DNA of 64,000 nt from Deltaproteobacteria bacterium UBA6601 (GTDB lineage: Bacteria > Myxococcota_A > UBA796 > UBA9615), in contig DJIF01000054.1 of assembly GCA_002433485.1 (NCBI GenBank), positions 1,158-65,157 of the forward strand. Direction: 5' to 3'. The position numbers and the translations under genes were made by a program. The notes under the pieces were generated by a model. It was not told the origin of the DNA. It searched no databases and worked only from the letters and a program-made list of their open reading frames with translations. Position 1 is the first letter of the stretch, and the number at the start of each line of letters is the position of its first letter. Below are positions 1 through 12,613 of this stretch, in pieces.

Positions 1-520
1 CCTGCTGGCGATGCCCGAATTTGGCCGGAGCCCTTGGCAAAGCCTACAAGTCGCCTGGCGGATGCTGTCACGAGATCTGGCGCTTGGCGCGACACCCATC
101 GTACTTGGCGCGATCTGGCTGATGAGCCACCGCGGCCACCCGGCCGCGCGGCGCTGGCTGCTGGGTGTACTGATGGTCTGCATAGGAGCAGCGCTGGTCC
201 TGGACCGCTATCCGGACAACAACGGCCAACTACCCGCTCTGTGGATGGCCTGCTGCCTAGCGCCATGGGCAGCAGCATGGTTGGCCGCCGCCAGCCAGAA
301 GTCCGCCCAGCAGCTGGCCGTGCTGGCCTGGGGAGCGGTGCTGTTGTTAACCATCGCCGACGCCACCTCGGCCCACGACGCCGTCGCCCGCAAAGCGGAT
401 CGCCAGGACCAACAACGCCGACTCACCTGCGCTGCTCAAGCGCAAACCGAGCGACCCTGGCGCGAGGTGCAACTACAGCGGCTGGCCTGCCGAGAGCAGG
501 TCACAATAGAGATCGACTGA
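1..520 (+). CDS. 3' fragment of a membrane protein. The reading frame is open to the left edge of the window. Function unknown.
   Basis: The frame has no stop between position 1 and 520. Two or three hydrophobic helices are visible (LALGATPIVLGAIWLM, LLGVLMVCIGAALVL, LAVLAWGAVLLLTIA). I could not place it in a family. Confidence 0.3.
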   Translation, partial: LLAMPEFGRSPWQSLQVAWRMLSRDLALGATPIVLGAIWLMSHRGHPAARRWLLGVLMVCIGAALVLDRYPDNNGQLPALWMACCLAPWAAAWLAAASQKSAQQLAVLAWGAVLLLTIADATSAHDAVARKADRQDQQRRLTCAAQAQTERPWREVQLQRLACREQVTIEID

Positions 521-527
521 GAGACCC

Positions 528-3245
528 TCAGTTGTCGAGCAAGGTCACCTTCGCCGCAGCGAGCCGGGCGACTGGCACCCGATAGGGGCTGCAGGACACA
601 TAGTTGAGTCCAACCTCATTGCAGAAGGCAATCGAGTCAGGATCACCACCATGCTCACCGCAGATGCCCACCTTCAGTTCGGGACGCGTAGTTCGCCCAC
701 GTTCGGTGCCCATGCGAACCAGGGTACCGACGCCCTCTTGATCAAGGCTGACAAAGGGATCCTTGGCCAGAATCGCTACATCAGGTGCGGTATAGGTCTG
801 CAAAAAGCGCGCATCATCCCGGCTGTAACCAAAGGTCGTCTGAGTAAGGTCATTGGTGCCAAACGAGAAAAAGTCAGCGTGCTCGGCGATTCGATCCGCC
901 ATGATCGCGGCACGAGGCAGCTCGATCATAGTCCCCACCAGGAACTCAACCCGCGACCCACGCCGCTCGAAGACCTGCTCCGACTCATCCATGACAAGCT
1001 CCCGAAGCACCTCTAACTCACGGGCAGTGCCGACCAGAGGAATCATGATCTCCGGCTTGACCTCAACGCCCCGCGCAGCGACGTCCAGCGCAGCGTCAAG
1101 AATGGCTCGAGCCTGCATGCGATAGAGCCCTGGGTTGGTAATCCCGAGCCTGCAACCACGATGGCCCATCATCGGGTTGAACTCCTTGAGGTTCTCAACC
1201 TGAGTACGAATGCGTGAAGCACGCACACCCATCTGTTCGGCAAGACTCTCGATTTCGGCATCGGTATGGGGCAGGAACTCGTGCAGCGGCGGATCCAGCA
1301 AGCGGATCGTCACAGGACAGGACTCCATCGCCTCAAAAATCCCGACAAAGTCGGTGCGCTGCATCGGGTAGAGCTTCTCCAGAGCGCGGCTCGCCTCCTC
1401 CTGGTCCTCGGCGAGGATCATCTCCCGCACCGCCTGCACCCGGTCGCCCTCAAAAAACATGTGCTCCGTTCGGCACAGCCCAATGCCGGTAGCGCCAAAG
1501 GAGCGCGCAGTGCTGGCGTCCTTTGGCGTATCCGCGTTGGCTCGCACCTTCAAGCGAGCCAGCTCATCGGCCCAGCCGAGCAGCTCGTCCAGCCCACTAC
1601 CATCAAGGTCAGCCGAGGTCATCGCCACCTCGCCGAGCATGACATCGCCAGTGCTGCCATCGAGGGTGATCACATCACCGGCACGCACCGTCCACTCGTT
1701 ACCCTCGCCATCACGGGGGCGCGCGGTAAAAGTGGCTTCTCGATGCACGACAATGTCAGAGCATCCCACTACACAACAGCGACCCATGCCTCGGGCCACC
1801 ACAGCTGCATGACTGGTCTGACCACCACGCTGGGTCAAGATGCCCGCGGCAACGGTCATCCCCTCAATATCCTCAGGGCTGGTCTCTTCACGCACGAGAA
1901 TGACCGGGCTTCCGGCAGCTGCCACCCGCACCGCCTCTTCGGCGCTGAAGACCACCTGACCAGTGGCAGCCCCCGGGCTGGCCGGTAGGCCAGTCGCGAT
2001 CACGGTGCGCTCCGCACTCGGGTCAACGCTGGGATGGAGCAACTGACTGAGGTGTTCTTCCTCGATCCGACGGAGGGCTTCTCCACGATCGATAAGACCC
2101 TCAAGAACCATGTCGACGGCAATGCGCACAGCTGCTCCACCGGTGCGCTTGCCATTGCGCGTCTGGAGGATGAACAGGGCGCCCTTCTCGATAGTGAACT
2201 CGATGTCCTGCATATCTCGATAGTGCGCTTCGAGCCGCTTATAGACATCAACAAGCTGGGCGTAGGCCTCTGGCATGGTCTCCTGCAGGGTGGGCAGCTC
2301 ACTGTCCGCGCCATCGCCCTCACGATTTACCGGCTGAGGGGTACGCAGCCCGGCCACCACATCCTCACCCTGCGCGTTGAGCAAGAACTCGCCAAAGAAC
2401 AGCTTGGCGCCACTCTTTGGATCACGGGTAAAGGCTACGCCTGTGGCACAGTCATCGCCCATATTGCCGAAAACCATGGCCTGAACATTGACCGCGGTTC
2501 CCCAGTGATCGGCGATTCCATTCTCACGCCGATAGTAACGAGCTCGGGCCGTGTTCCAGGAACGGAAAACCGCCCGAATAGCTCCTTCAAGCTGTTCGTA
2601 GGGATCTTCCGGGAAGGGTCGTCCCAGGCTCTCTTCCACCCGCCTCTTCATGCGGCCAACCAGCTCCCGCCAGTCCGCCGCGGTCAGTTCGTTATCCTCG
2701 CTGACCCCACGGCTGTCTTTGAGTTCATTAACGAGCTGCTCTAGGCGCGCGCGATGAAGGCCCATCACCACATCGGCGTACATGGTCACAAAGCGTCGAT
2801 AGCTGTCCCAGGCAAAACGCTCATTACCGGCGGCAGCGGCAAGCCCCTCAACGGTGGCATCGTTCAGGCCCAGGTTAAGCACCGTGTCCATCATCCCGGG
2901 CATGGAGACGCGGGCCCCAGAACGGACCGAGACCAGCAACGGGTTATCGGCATCACCAAAGCGCCTGCCGAGAGCCTCCTCTACCCCTGCAAGCGCTGCT
3001 CGGACCTCATCCATGAGGCCCTCAGGCAGACTGACATCATCCGCTTGTCCCGCGCCCGGCCGAACCGGCAACTGGGCGAGGTACTGCATGCAAACCTCTG
3101 TGGTGATGGTAAAGCCCGCAGGAACAGGCAGTCCCAAGGAGTTCATCTCCGCGAGATTGGCGCCCTTACCGCCAAGCAATTCCTTCATTAAGGCAGAGCC
3201 CTCTGCCTTGCCGGCACCAAAGGCGTAAATCCGCTTCATGGTCAT
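528..3245 (-). CDS. ppdK: Pyruvate, phosphate dikinase
   Basis: The N-terminus reads MTMKRIYAFGAGKAEGSALMKELLGGKGANLAEM..GLPVPAGFTITTEVC and the length is about 905 aa, which is the PPDK signature. The six-frame ORF extends 28 codons upstream to 3329, but the conserved start is the MTMKRIY methionine (cat at 3243-3245). Confidence 0.92.
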   Translation of the reverse strand: MTMKRIYAFGAGKAEGSALMKELLGGKGANLAEMNSLGLPVPAGFTITTEVCMQYLAQLPVRPGAGQADDVSLPEGLMDEVRAALAGVEEALGRRFGDADNPLLVSVRSGARVSMPGMMDTVLNLGLNDATVEGLAAAAGNERFAWDSYRRFVTMYADVVMGLHRARLEQLVNELKDSRGVSEDNELTAADWRELVGRMKRRVEESLGRPFPEDPYEQLEGAIRAVFRSWNTARARYYRRENGIADHWGTAVNVQAMVFGNMGDDCATGVAFTRDPKSGAKLFFGEFLLNAQGEDVVAGLRTPQPVNREGDGADSELPTLQETMPEAYAQLVDVYKRLEAHYRDMQDIEFTIEKGALFILQTRNGKRTGGAAVRIAVDMVLEGLIDRGEALRRIEEEHLSQLLHPSVDPSAERTVIATGLPASPGAATGQVVFSAEEAVRVAAAGSPVILVREETSPEDIEGMTVAAGILTQRGGQTSHAAVVARGMGRCCVVGCSDIVVHREATFTARPRDGEGNEWTVRAGDVITLDGSTGDVMLGEVAMTSADLDGSGLDELLGWADELARLKVRANADTPKDASTARSFGATGIGLCRTEHMFFEGDRVQAVREMILAEDQEEASRALEKLYPMQRTDFVGIFEAMESCPVTIRLLDPPLHEFLPHTDAEIESLAEQMGVRASRIRTQVENLKEFNPMMGHRGCRLGITNPGLYRMQARAILDAALDVAARGVEVKPEIMIPLVGTARELEVLRELVMDESEQVFERRGSRVEFLVGTMIELPRAAIMADRIAEHADFFSFGTNDLTQTTFGYSRDDARFLQTYTAPDVAILAKDPFVSLDQEGVGTLVRMGTERGRTTRPELKVGICGEHGGDPDSIAFCNEVGLNYVSCSPYRVPVARLAAAKVTLLDN

Positions 3246-3270
3246 ATCCGCTGCAACAGAAGTTGAGGCC

Positions 3271-6336
<3,066 letters not shown>

Positions 6337-6409
6337 AGAAGGCCCTTTTGGGTAGTGGTGCGGACGAATATCAAGAGGGGGCAGGCCGGGTCAAGAGGAT
6401 CCGACCAGA

Positions 6410-9400
6410 TCAGAGAAAGGAAGCGACCTGCCGACCAAAGATTGCCTCGGCAGCCTCAAGCATTTCCTGGCTGGGCTGCAAGGTCCACTGAGTCGGTAGC
6501 GCTACGAGAACCTCGCTGGAGTGGGGCAGACGCCAGCGAATCCGCACCGGAGCATCCCCGGGATGACGCTCAATGAGATCCCTCAGCGCTGCCAATTGCT
6601 CAACGCCGCCGTCATCGGCCCTCAGCTCAAAGCAGATCTGGCGAGTCTGAGACTCCCGCACCTCTGCCAGGGGCTGGACATCATCGGCCAGCAGCTTGGC
6701 ACCTCCATCTTCGCTGAACTCATCGAGCTTAGCTTTCACCAACAGCGGCTCGTCAGTCTGGAGCCAGTGTTCGACCTTGGCAAAGGTCCTTGGAAAGACC
6801 GTCAACTCGGCGCTGCCCAGCAGATCTTCAAACTGCACAAAGGCCATCCTCTCACCCTTGGACTTGGTGACGATGACCTTCATGCTGCCGACCACCCCGG
6901 CAATGCGCAGCTCATCACCGACCTTGAGCTCGCGCAGATCAGCCGTGGTGGCTGTCGCAAAAGTCTCTACCTCGGCAGCAAAAGCCTTCATCGGATGACC
7001 GGTAATGTATAGGCCCAGTGCCTCTTTCTCCTTCTCCAGGCGCTCTCGCTCAGGCCACTCAGAGAGCTCGGGAATGTTCAGGCGACCCGCATCACCGACC
7101 TTGCCCGCACCAAACAGGCCCACCTGCCCCGAATCCCGATCCCGCGCCTTCTGGCGCGCCGCCTCGAGCAGCCGATCCACACAGGGGAACAGGGCGGCTC
7201 GACTGTAGCCCATAGAATCGAACGCCCCGCACTTCACCAGCGCCTCCAGGACCCCCTTGTTAATCCTGCTGACATCGATGTTGCCGACAAAGTCATCGAG
7301 GGTTGAGAAACCACCGCAGCTGGCGCGGGCCTCGAGGATCGCCTCAATGGCCGCTGCTCCAACTCCCTTGACCGCAGTGAGGCCGAAACGAACCTTGTCG
7401 CCGACCACAGTAAAGCGGAGTGCGCTCTCGTTGACGTCGGGCGGGAGCACTTCAATATCGTGCTTGCGAGCGTCATCCATGTAGAGCAACACCTTGTCGG
7501 TGTTGGAAGACTCAATGCTGAGCAGAGCGGCAAAGAACTCGGCAGGCAGGTGTCGCTTCAGCCAAGCCGTCTGGTACGCAATCAGGCCATAGGCCGCGGT
7601 ATGACTCTTGTTGAACCCATACTTGGCAAACTCCGCCATGAGATCAAAGACCGAATTGGCGGTAGCCTCTTCCACCCCATTCTCAGCGGCGCCCGCTACA
7701 AAGCGGACCCGCTGACGGACCATCTCCTCTTCCTTCTTCTTGCCCATGGCGCGGCGCAGCAAATCGGCTTCACCCAGGCTATAGCCGCCCATGATCTGGG
7801 CAATCTGCATCACCTGCTCCTGAAACACGATGACCCCGTAGGTGTCGGACAGCACGCTCTTGAGACTTGGATGTGGGTAGGTAACCTTCTGCCGCCCGTG
7901 CTTGCACTCCACAAAGGTGTGGTGCATGCCCATGCCCATAGGCCCGGGCCGGTACAGAGCGGCAACCGCGATAATGTCCTCAAAACGAGTCGGCTGGAGA
8001 CCGCGCAACAAGTCTCGCATACCCGAGGACTCAAGCTGAAAGACTCCCAGAGTATCGCCCCTGGCCAGCAACTCATAGACGCCTTCGTCGTCCAGCGGAA
8101 CATTGTTAAAGGCGAAAAAGTCCCACTCAGTACGACCCGCCTCACGCGCCATGTCCAAGGCGTTCTTGACCATCGTCAGGGTCTTCAGACCCAGAAAGTC
8201 GAACTTGATGAGGCCGATCTCCTCAGCCCACTTCATGTCAAACTGGGTCACCGATGGGTCGCTGTCCCCAGCACCCTTGTACAGCGGGCAATAACTCCGC
8301 AGGTCGTCATCGGCGATGACGACTCCGGCAGCATGAACTGAAGAATGTCGAGTGGTGCCCTCCAGCCCCGTGGCCAGATCCACCAGACGAGCGACCTTAG
8401 GGTCCTCTTCCATCGCCTTGACCAACCGCGGCTCCTGGGCGATCGCCTCCGGCAGGGTAATCCCCAGCTTGTCGGGAACCAACTTGGCAACCCGGTCCAC
8501 TTCGCCAAAGCCCAGGCCCATGACCCGACCGACGTCTCGCAGCCCACCCTTAGCGAGCATCTTGCCGAAGGTGATGATCTGAGTGACTCGCGTCGCACCA
8601 CCATAGGCATCGTTAACGTAGTCAATGACTTCACCGCGGCGGTCCTGACAGAAGTCAACGTCCACATCGGGCATCGACACCCGCTCCGGGTTCAGGAAGC
8701 GCTCAAACAAAAGCTTGTAGGGAATGGGGTCAATGTCGGTAATGCGCAGTGAGTAGAGCACTAACGAGCCAGCACCTGAGCCGCGCCCCGGACCCACCGG
8801 GATGTCCCGTTCCTTGGCCCAGTTAATGAAGTCGTAGACGATCAGGAAGTAGGCCGAGAAGCCCATCGAGTCGATGATCTCGAGTTCTTCCTCGAGGCGC
8901 GCCTCATAGCTCGCCCGGAGCTCATCCCAGTCGGCTTCCTGTTCACGCCCCCGGACGATCTCAAGACGCTGTTCAAGACCCTCTTTAGAGAGCTGGCGAA
9001 GCACCTGCTCGGGCGTGCGCCCCTCGAGATGGGGATAGAGCGGAAAGCGATAGTTGCCGAACTCAAACTCGAACAGGCAGCGACCGGCGATGTCCGTGGT
9101 GTTTGCCAGCGCCTGCTCATCCCCCTCGAACAGGGAATACATGGCGTCTGAGTCCTTCAGGTAGAACTGGTCGCTGGGAAAGCGAAAGCGGAACTCATCA
9201 TCAAGAGTGTTGGTCATGCCCAGGCAGAGCAGGACCTCATGGAGGAAAGAGTCCTTCTGGCGCGGATAATGAACGTTGTTGCTGACCACCAGAGGGATGC
9301 CGGTGTCGGCGCTCAATTGCCGCAGCTGATCATTCACCCGGCGCTGGTCGGCACCGGCCTCAAAACCGGCACTGGTTCCTCCCCAGCCAAGATCCATTAA

Positions 9401-9946
9401 TTCCAGGTAGAAGTTTCCTTCGCCAGCCAGATCCCGCAGCCACTCAGCCGCATCGCGCGCTTCATCAAAGCGGTCCTGACTCAACAGCCGCGGAACCTGG
9501 CCCCGCAAATCTCCAGACAGCAGAATCAGGCCCCGAGAAATGGCATCTCGATGCTGCTCAAGGATTTCTCGATCAATTCGTGGCAGATAGTGCCGCCCGC
9601 TCAAATAACCCTCACTGACCAGATGGTTGAGGGCCACATAGCCCTCTTGATTGCGCACCAGCGCGACCAACCGGAAGTTGTCGCGCGCCTTGTTCTTGTC
9701 GAGACGGGAGCCAGGCGCAACGATCAACTCAGCGCCGACGATGGGCGAGATTCCCTGCTTCTTGCAGGCCTCAGAGAACTCCACCGCACCAAACAGATTC
9801 ATCTCATCAGTGAGCGCAAGATGGGTCATCCCCAGCTGCGCAGCCTGAGCGGCGATGGCCTTGGGGCTGCCCACCGCACCCAGCAGCGTAAATTGCGACT
9901 TCAAGTGAAGATGAACAAAGGGCCGGGATGCGGACATTGCAGTCAT
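6410..9946 (-). CDS. dnaE: DNA polymerase III alpha subunit
   Basis: It is 1178 aa. The PHP-domain N-terminus reads FVHLHLKSQFTLLGAVGSPKAIAAQAAQLGMTHLALTDEMNLFGAVEF, and there is a polymerase core and an OB-fold region typical of DnaE. Confidence 0.93.
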   Translation of the reverse strand: MTAMSASRPFVHLHLKSQFTLLGAVGSPKAIAAQAAQLGMTHLALTDEMNLFGAVEFSEACKKQGISPIVGAELIVAPGSRLDKNKARDNFRLVALVRNQEGYVALNHLVSEGYLSGRHYLPRIDREILEQHRDAISRGLILLSGDLRGQVPRLLSQDRFDEARDAAEWLRDLAGEGNFYLELMDLGWGGTSAGFEAGADQRRVNDQLRQLSADTGIPLVVSNNVHYPRQKDSFLHEVLLCLGMTNTLDDEFRFRFPSDQFYLKDSDAMYSLFEGDEQALANTTDIAGRCLFEFEFGNYRFPLYPHLEGRTPEQVLRQLSKEGLEQRLEIVRGREQEADWDELRASYEARLEEELEIIDSMGFSAYFLIVYDFINWAKERDIPVGPGRGSGAGSLVLYSLRITDIDPIPYKLLFERFLNPERVSMPDVDVDFCQDRRGEVIDYVNDAYGGATRVTQIITFGKMLAKGGLRDVGRVMGLGFGEVDRVAKLVPDKLGITLPEAIAQEPRLVKAMEEDPKVARLVDLATGLEGTTRHSSVHAAGVVIADDDLRSYCPLYKGAGDSDPSVTQFDMKWAEEIGLIKFDFLGLKTLTMVKNALDMAREAGRTEWDFFAFNNVPLDDEGVYELLARGDTLGVFQLESSGMRDLLRGLQPTRFEDIIAVAALYRPGPMGMGMHHTFVECKHGRQKVTYPHPSLKSVLSDTYGVIVFQEQVMQIAQIMGGYSLGEADLLRRAMGKKKEEEMVRQRVRFVAGAAENGVEEATANSVFDLMAEFAKYGFNKSHTAAYGLIAYQTAWLKRHLPAEFFAALLSIESSNTDKVLLYMDDARKHDIEVLPPDVNESALRFTVVGDKVRFGLTAVKGVGAAAIEAILEARASCGGFSTLDDFVGNIDVSRINKGVLEALVKCGAFDSMGYSRAALFPCVDRLLEAARQKARDRDSGQVGLFGAGKVGDAGRLNIPELSEWPERERLEKEKEALGLYITGHPMKAFAAEVETFATATTADLRELKVGDELRIAGVVGSMKVIVTKSKGERMAFVQFEDLLGSAELTVFPRTFAKVEHWLQTDEPLLVKAKLDEFSEDGGAKLLADDVQPLAEVRESQTRQICFELRADDGGVEQLAALRDLIERHPGDAPVRIRWRLPHSSEVLVALPTQWTLQPSQEMLEAAEAIFGRQVASFL

Positions 9947-10140
9947 GGGCGGATTCTGATCAGAGAGCGTCAGGAGGGGCGGATAGCCAGGCTTGCACGG
10001 AGCCTGCGGTCGCGGAAGATAACATGGTCAACGCCAGATCAGAGCGATAATTCTGCGTCCTTCCCGGTAAGCCTGCAGCAAGCCGACAGTAGAGCTGTTC
10101 CCTTGCGCCTGAGCGACCTTCGAGCTAGCTTTCCGAGCCC

Positions 10141-10731
10141 ATGCTGAGGCCCCCCACTGGCACTGCCCGAATCGCCGCGATCACACTCGTTGTCGCCTTG
10201 CTCTTCTCCTGCTCCGCGCAGGCTCGAGACCTGCGTGGTCGCTTCGCCCTTGGCTTCAACAACAACTTCTCCAGCTTCAGCTCCATCTCCGCCAAGGTTG
10301 GCCTGCCGACCAGCAAGCCAACCCTCAACGTGCAGATCCAGGCGCTGATTGGGTTCTCTATCGCAACCCTGGTGGAAGGCGCTCAAAGCCAAGCTCCAGG
10401 TAGCGACCAGTTCTTTGCCGGTGGTCGAGTACTGCTGCCGATGTTGGCCGAAGACAACCTCAACATCTACTGCGCTATCGGTGCCGGCTATGTTCGCCAG
10501 CGCGCCATCACCGCAACGGAGCGCCAGGACGACCCCAGTGTTGCCGTCACTCACACCGGCAACGTATTCCGGGCCCAGGGTGCTCTGGGCGTCGAGTTCT
10601 TCCTCTTTGGTCTGGAAAACCTCGGCCTTTCGGCCGAGCTCGGCATTCGCGTCGACGCCGACCCGGGCTTCGTGGCGGTACAGACCACCGCTGGAGGCGC
10701 CGCCTCAGTAGGCATACACTACTACTTCTGA
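10141..10731 (+). CDS. Small outer-membrane beta-barrel protein (OmpW/OmpA-like porin family). Function unknown.
   Basis: It has a signal peptide (AAITLVVALLFSCSAQA), alternating amphipathic beta-strands and a C-terminal aromatic residue (..VGIHYYF), which is typical of an outer-membrane barrel. Confidence 0.5.
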   Translation: MLRPPTGTARIAAITLVVALLFSCSAQARDLRGRFALGFNNNFSSFSSISAKVGLPTSKPTLNVQIQALIGFSIATLVEGAQSQAPGSDQFFAGGRVLLPMLAEDNLNIYCAIGAGYVRQRAITATERQDDPSVAVTHTGNVFRAQGALGVEFFLFGLENLGLSAELGIRVDADPGFVAVQTTAGGAASVGIHYYF

Positions 10732-10850
10732 GCGGCCTCCCAGGTCCCCTAACCCAACCGCTGCAAGCCTTTCAAGAGACCGGGCAAAGAAGTGCCCGGC
10801 AATCGGGCTTCGCCCTTGCAGATACGGGCATAGACTCGGAGAATCACACT

Positions 10851-12347
10851 ATGGTCAAACACCGCATCGCCAGCCAGATCCTGCTCTTACCGCTGTTGCT
10901 TCTCGGCTGCGGGGAAGTTGCCTTCAACCTCGCTGAAGATGCCGGCACCAGCTTCTCCGAGCAGGTTCGGGGAGAGGCGCTGCTGTTCGTAGGTACCGAC
11001 CCGAGCAGCCTGGCGACCGACCTGTACCTGGTGACTGCTGCCTCCAGCTCAGTGGACAGCCCATCCTTGACCACAGCAGAGTCGTATGAACTAGAGCAGC
11101 TCACCGACACCGAGAACCCCGATGAAGCCCTGGAGTTGGGCAGCTACCAACTGTTCTCATTGGAACAACCACACCCGATTCCCGATCGTTCCGGAGATCG
11201 CTTCGCCCTGATCACGCAGAGCGTCGATGAACAGAGCGGCAACTCTATCAATCACCCTGCGGTCTACGACCTCACGACGCGTAGCCTCCAACAAGGACCG
11301 GCGATTCAGGGGCTACACAGTATCCACTTCAGCGACCAGGGCGCCTCTCTTGCCCTTAGCGCTCGCAGCGAAGAGGGCGGCGAGACCCTGCTCATGCTGC
11401 CCGCAGATGAGCTGGACGCCACACCGGTCCTCCTCCAGTTGGAAGCTGACGAGAGCAACTACAGCTATGAATTCGCGGGGCCTATCCCAGCCAGTGATGA
11501 CATCCTCGCTCTGCGCATCAACGAAGACGAAGCCAAGAGTCAGGTGCTCCGAGTTGACTCCCTCAGCGGCGAGGCTGAGGTCCTCTCAGGTGCCCTCGAG
11601 GGCCTGCTCGACCAGGCCTCCTTGAGCGCCGATGGACAGCTGCTGGCAGTCACTGTCCACCATCCCGAAAATAACTACCGAGCTGTGGCGGTCATCGATA
11701 AATACGCTCAGATCCATACGATTACGGAGAACCTCAGTTCCAATTGCTACTGGCCGGTCTGGGCGCCCATCCACGAAAAGCTCGGCCAACGGCTCAGCTT
11801 CGTGTGCCAGGACGCAATCTCAGGAAGACCTGACATCGGCATGTGGTCAGCAGAGATCCTTAAGGGTCTGGACGATGAAGTTGGCGACGCCGCTGCCCTC
11901 GATTACGCCGCGGACCTGCTCACCACGGTCAGCCAACCGGCCATATTCGAGGGCACAATGGACGGGCTGGTCGTCCGCAGCAGCCCCCAGTGGTCGCCGA
12001 ACGGAAACTCTTTGGTCTTTGGTGTCTCGACCCACGAAGAAGCCCTGGCTGGCACCGGCATGAGCCTCCTGGTACTGCCACTAAGCGGTACTGCATACCC
12101 CATCTACAGCGGCAGCGGGACCTCAGTAGACTGGGCACACTTCTCCCAGGCAAGTGACGACCAGAGTCTGCTCCTCTGGGAGCGCAGCGCGACCGGCCTG
12201 GAATCCACCCGGCGAGGCCCAGAGAGCCAACCCATTCGGATGCTAACCATCGATCAACCAGAGCCTCAACCGATCTTTGTCCGGCTCGATCAGGACCTGC
12301 TGGTGTCCTACCCCATGTTCCTGGGCGGCAACAGCCTGTTCTACTGA
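10851..12347 (+). CDS. Lipoprotein with a PD40/TolB-like beta-propeller. Function unknown.
   Basis: It has a lipoprotein signal with a lipobox (LLLLGC). Propeller-blade motifs recur (LLFVGTD, FSDQGASLAL, SADGQLLAV, WSPNGNSLVF). Its stop overlaps the start of the next ORF (TGATG). Confidence 0.5.
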   Translation: MVKHRIASQILLLPLLLLGCGEVAFNLAEDAGTSFSEQVRGEALLFVGTDPSSLATDLYLVTAASSSVDSPSLTTAESYELEQLTDTENPDEALELGSYQLFSLEQPHPIPDRSGDRFALITQSVDEQSGNSINHPAVYDLTTRSLQQGPAIQGLHSIHFSDQGASLALSARSEEGGETLLMLPADELDATPVLLQLEADESNYSYEFAGPIPASDDILALRINEDEAKSQVLRVDSLSGEAEVLSGALEGLLDQASLSADGQLLAVTVHHPENNYRAVAVIDKYAQIHTITENLSSNCYWPVWAPIHEKLGQRLSFVCQDAISGRPDIGMWSAEILKGLDDEVGDAAALDYAADLLTTVSQPAIFEGTMDGLVVRSSPQWSPNGNSLVFGVSTHEEALAGTGMSLLVLPLSGTAYPIYSGSGTSVDWAHFSQASDDQSLLLWERSATGLESTRRGPESQPIRMLTIDQPEPQPIFVRLDQDLLVSYPMFLGGNSLFY

Positions 12348-12544
12348 TGCTCACCACTGCCGTCGAAGCACTACATCGCTGCTGGTACCGCTTTGCCCTG
12401 GCGGCAATGCCCATGGGCGTCGCCATGTGGCTGCTCGGGATGTACCTGCCCAGCTACTATCTGGCTGCCGCAGGGATCACCACATGCGCCCTGGGTGCCT
12501 TCGCCTGGAACGACGACCACCCCCCCCATCACCCTGGCAGTTAA
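12347..12544 (+). CDS. Possible small two-helix membrane protein (65 aa). Weak call.
   Basis: Its start overlaps the stop of the upstream gene (tgATG). Two hydrophobic helices are present. The 3' end contains a C8 homopolymer. Confidence 0.2.
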   Translation: MLTTAVEALHRCWYRFALAAMPMGVAMWLLGMYLPSYYLAAAGITTCALGAFAWNDDHPPHHPGS

Positions 12545-12613
12545 GCAAGCCAGTTGGGAGCAGCTGAGCACTGCTGGAGTCGAGGCTGCGAGAGCCCGAC
12601 GCTCAGGCTTCGC

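Noticed and set aside
34-585. An alternative-frame 183-aa ORF overlapping the partial membrane-protein frame at the left edge
   Set aside because: It has an Arg/Pro/Ala-rich low-complexity translation typical of an off-frame reading of GC-rich DNA. The other frame shows TM helices.
7460-8341. Antisense ORFs inside dnaE (for example 293 aa on the plus strand). The same applies to 1266..1988 and 2034..2744 inside ppdK, 15631..16635 inside the Oar-like gene, and 3508..4041 inside glyQS.
   Set aside because: Long open frames on the opposite strand are expected by chance at this GC content. The sense-strand genes have unambiguous family signatures.
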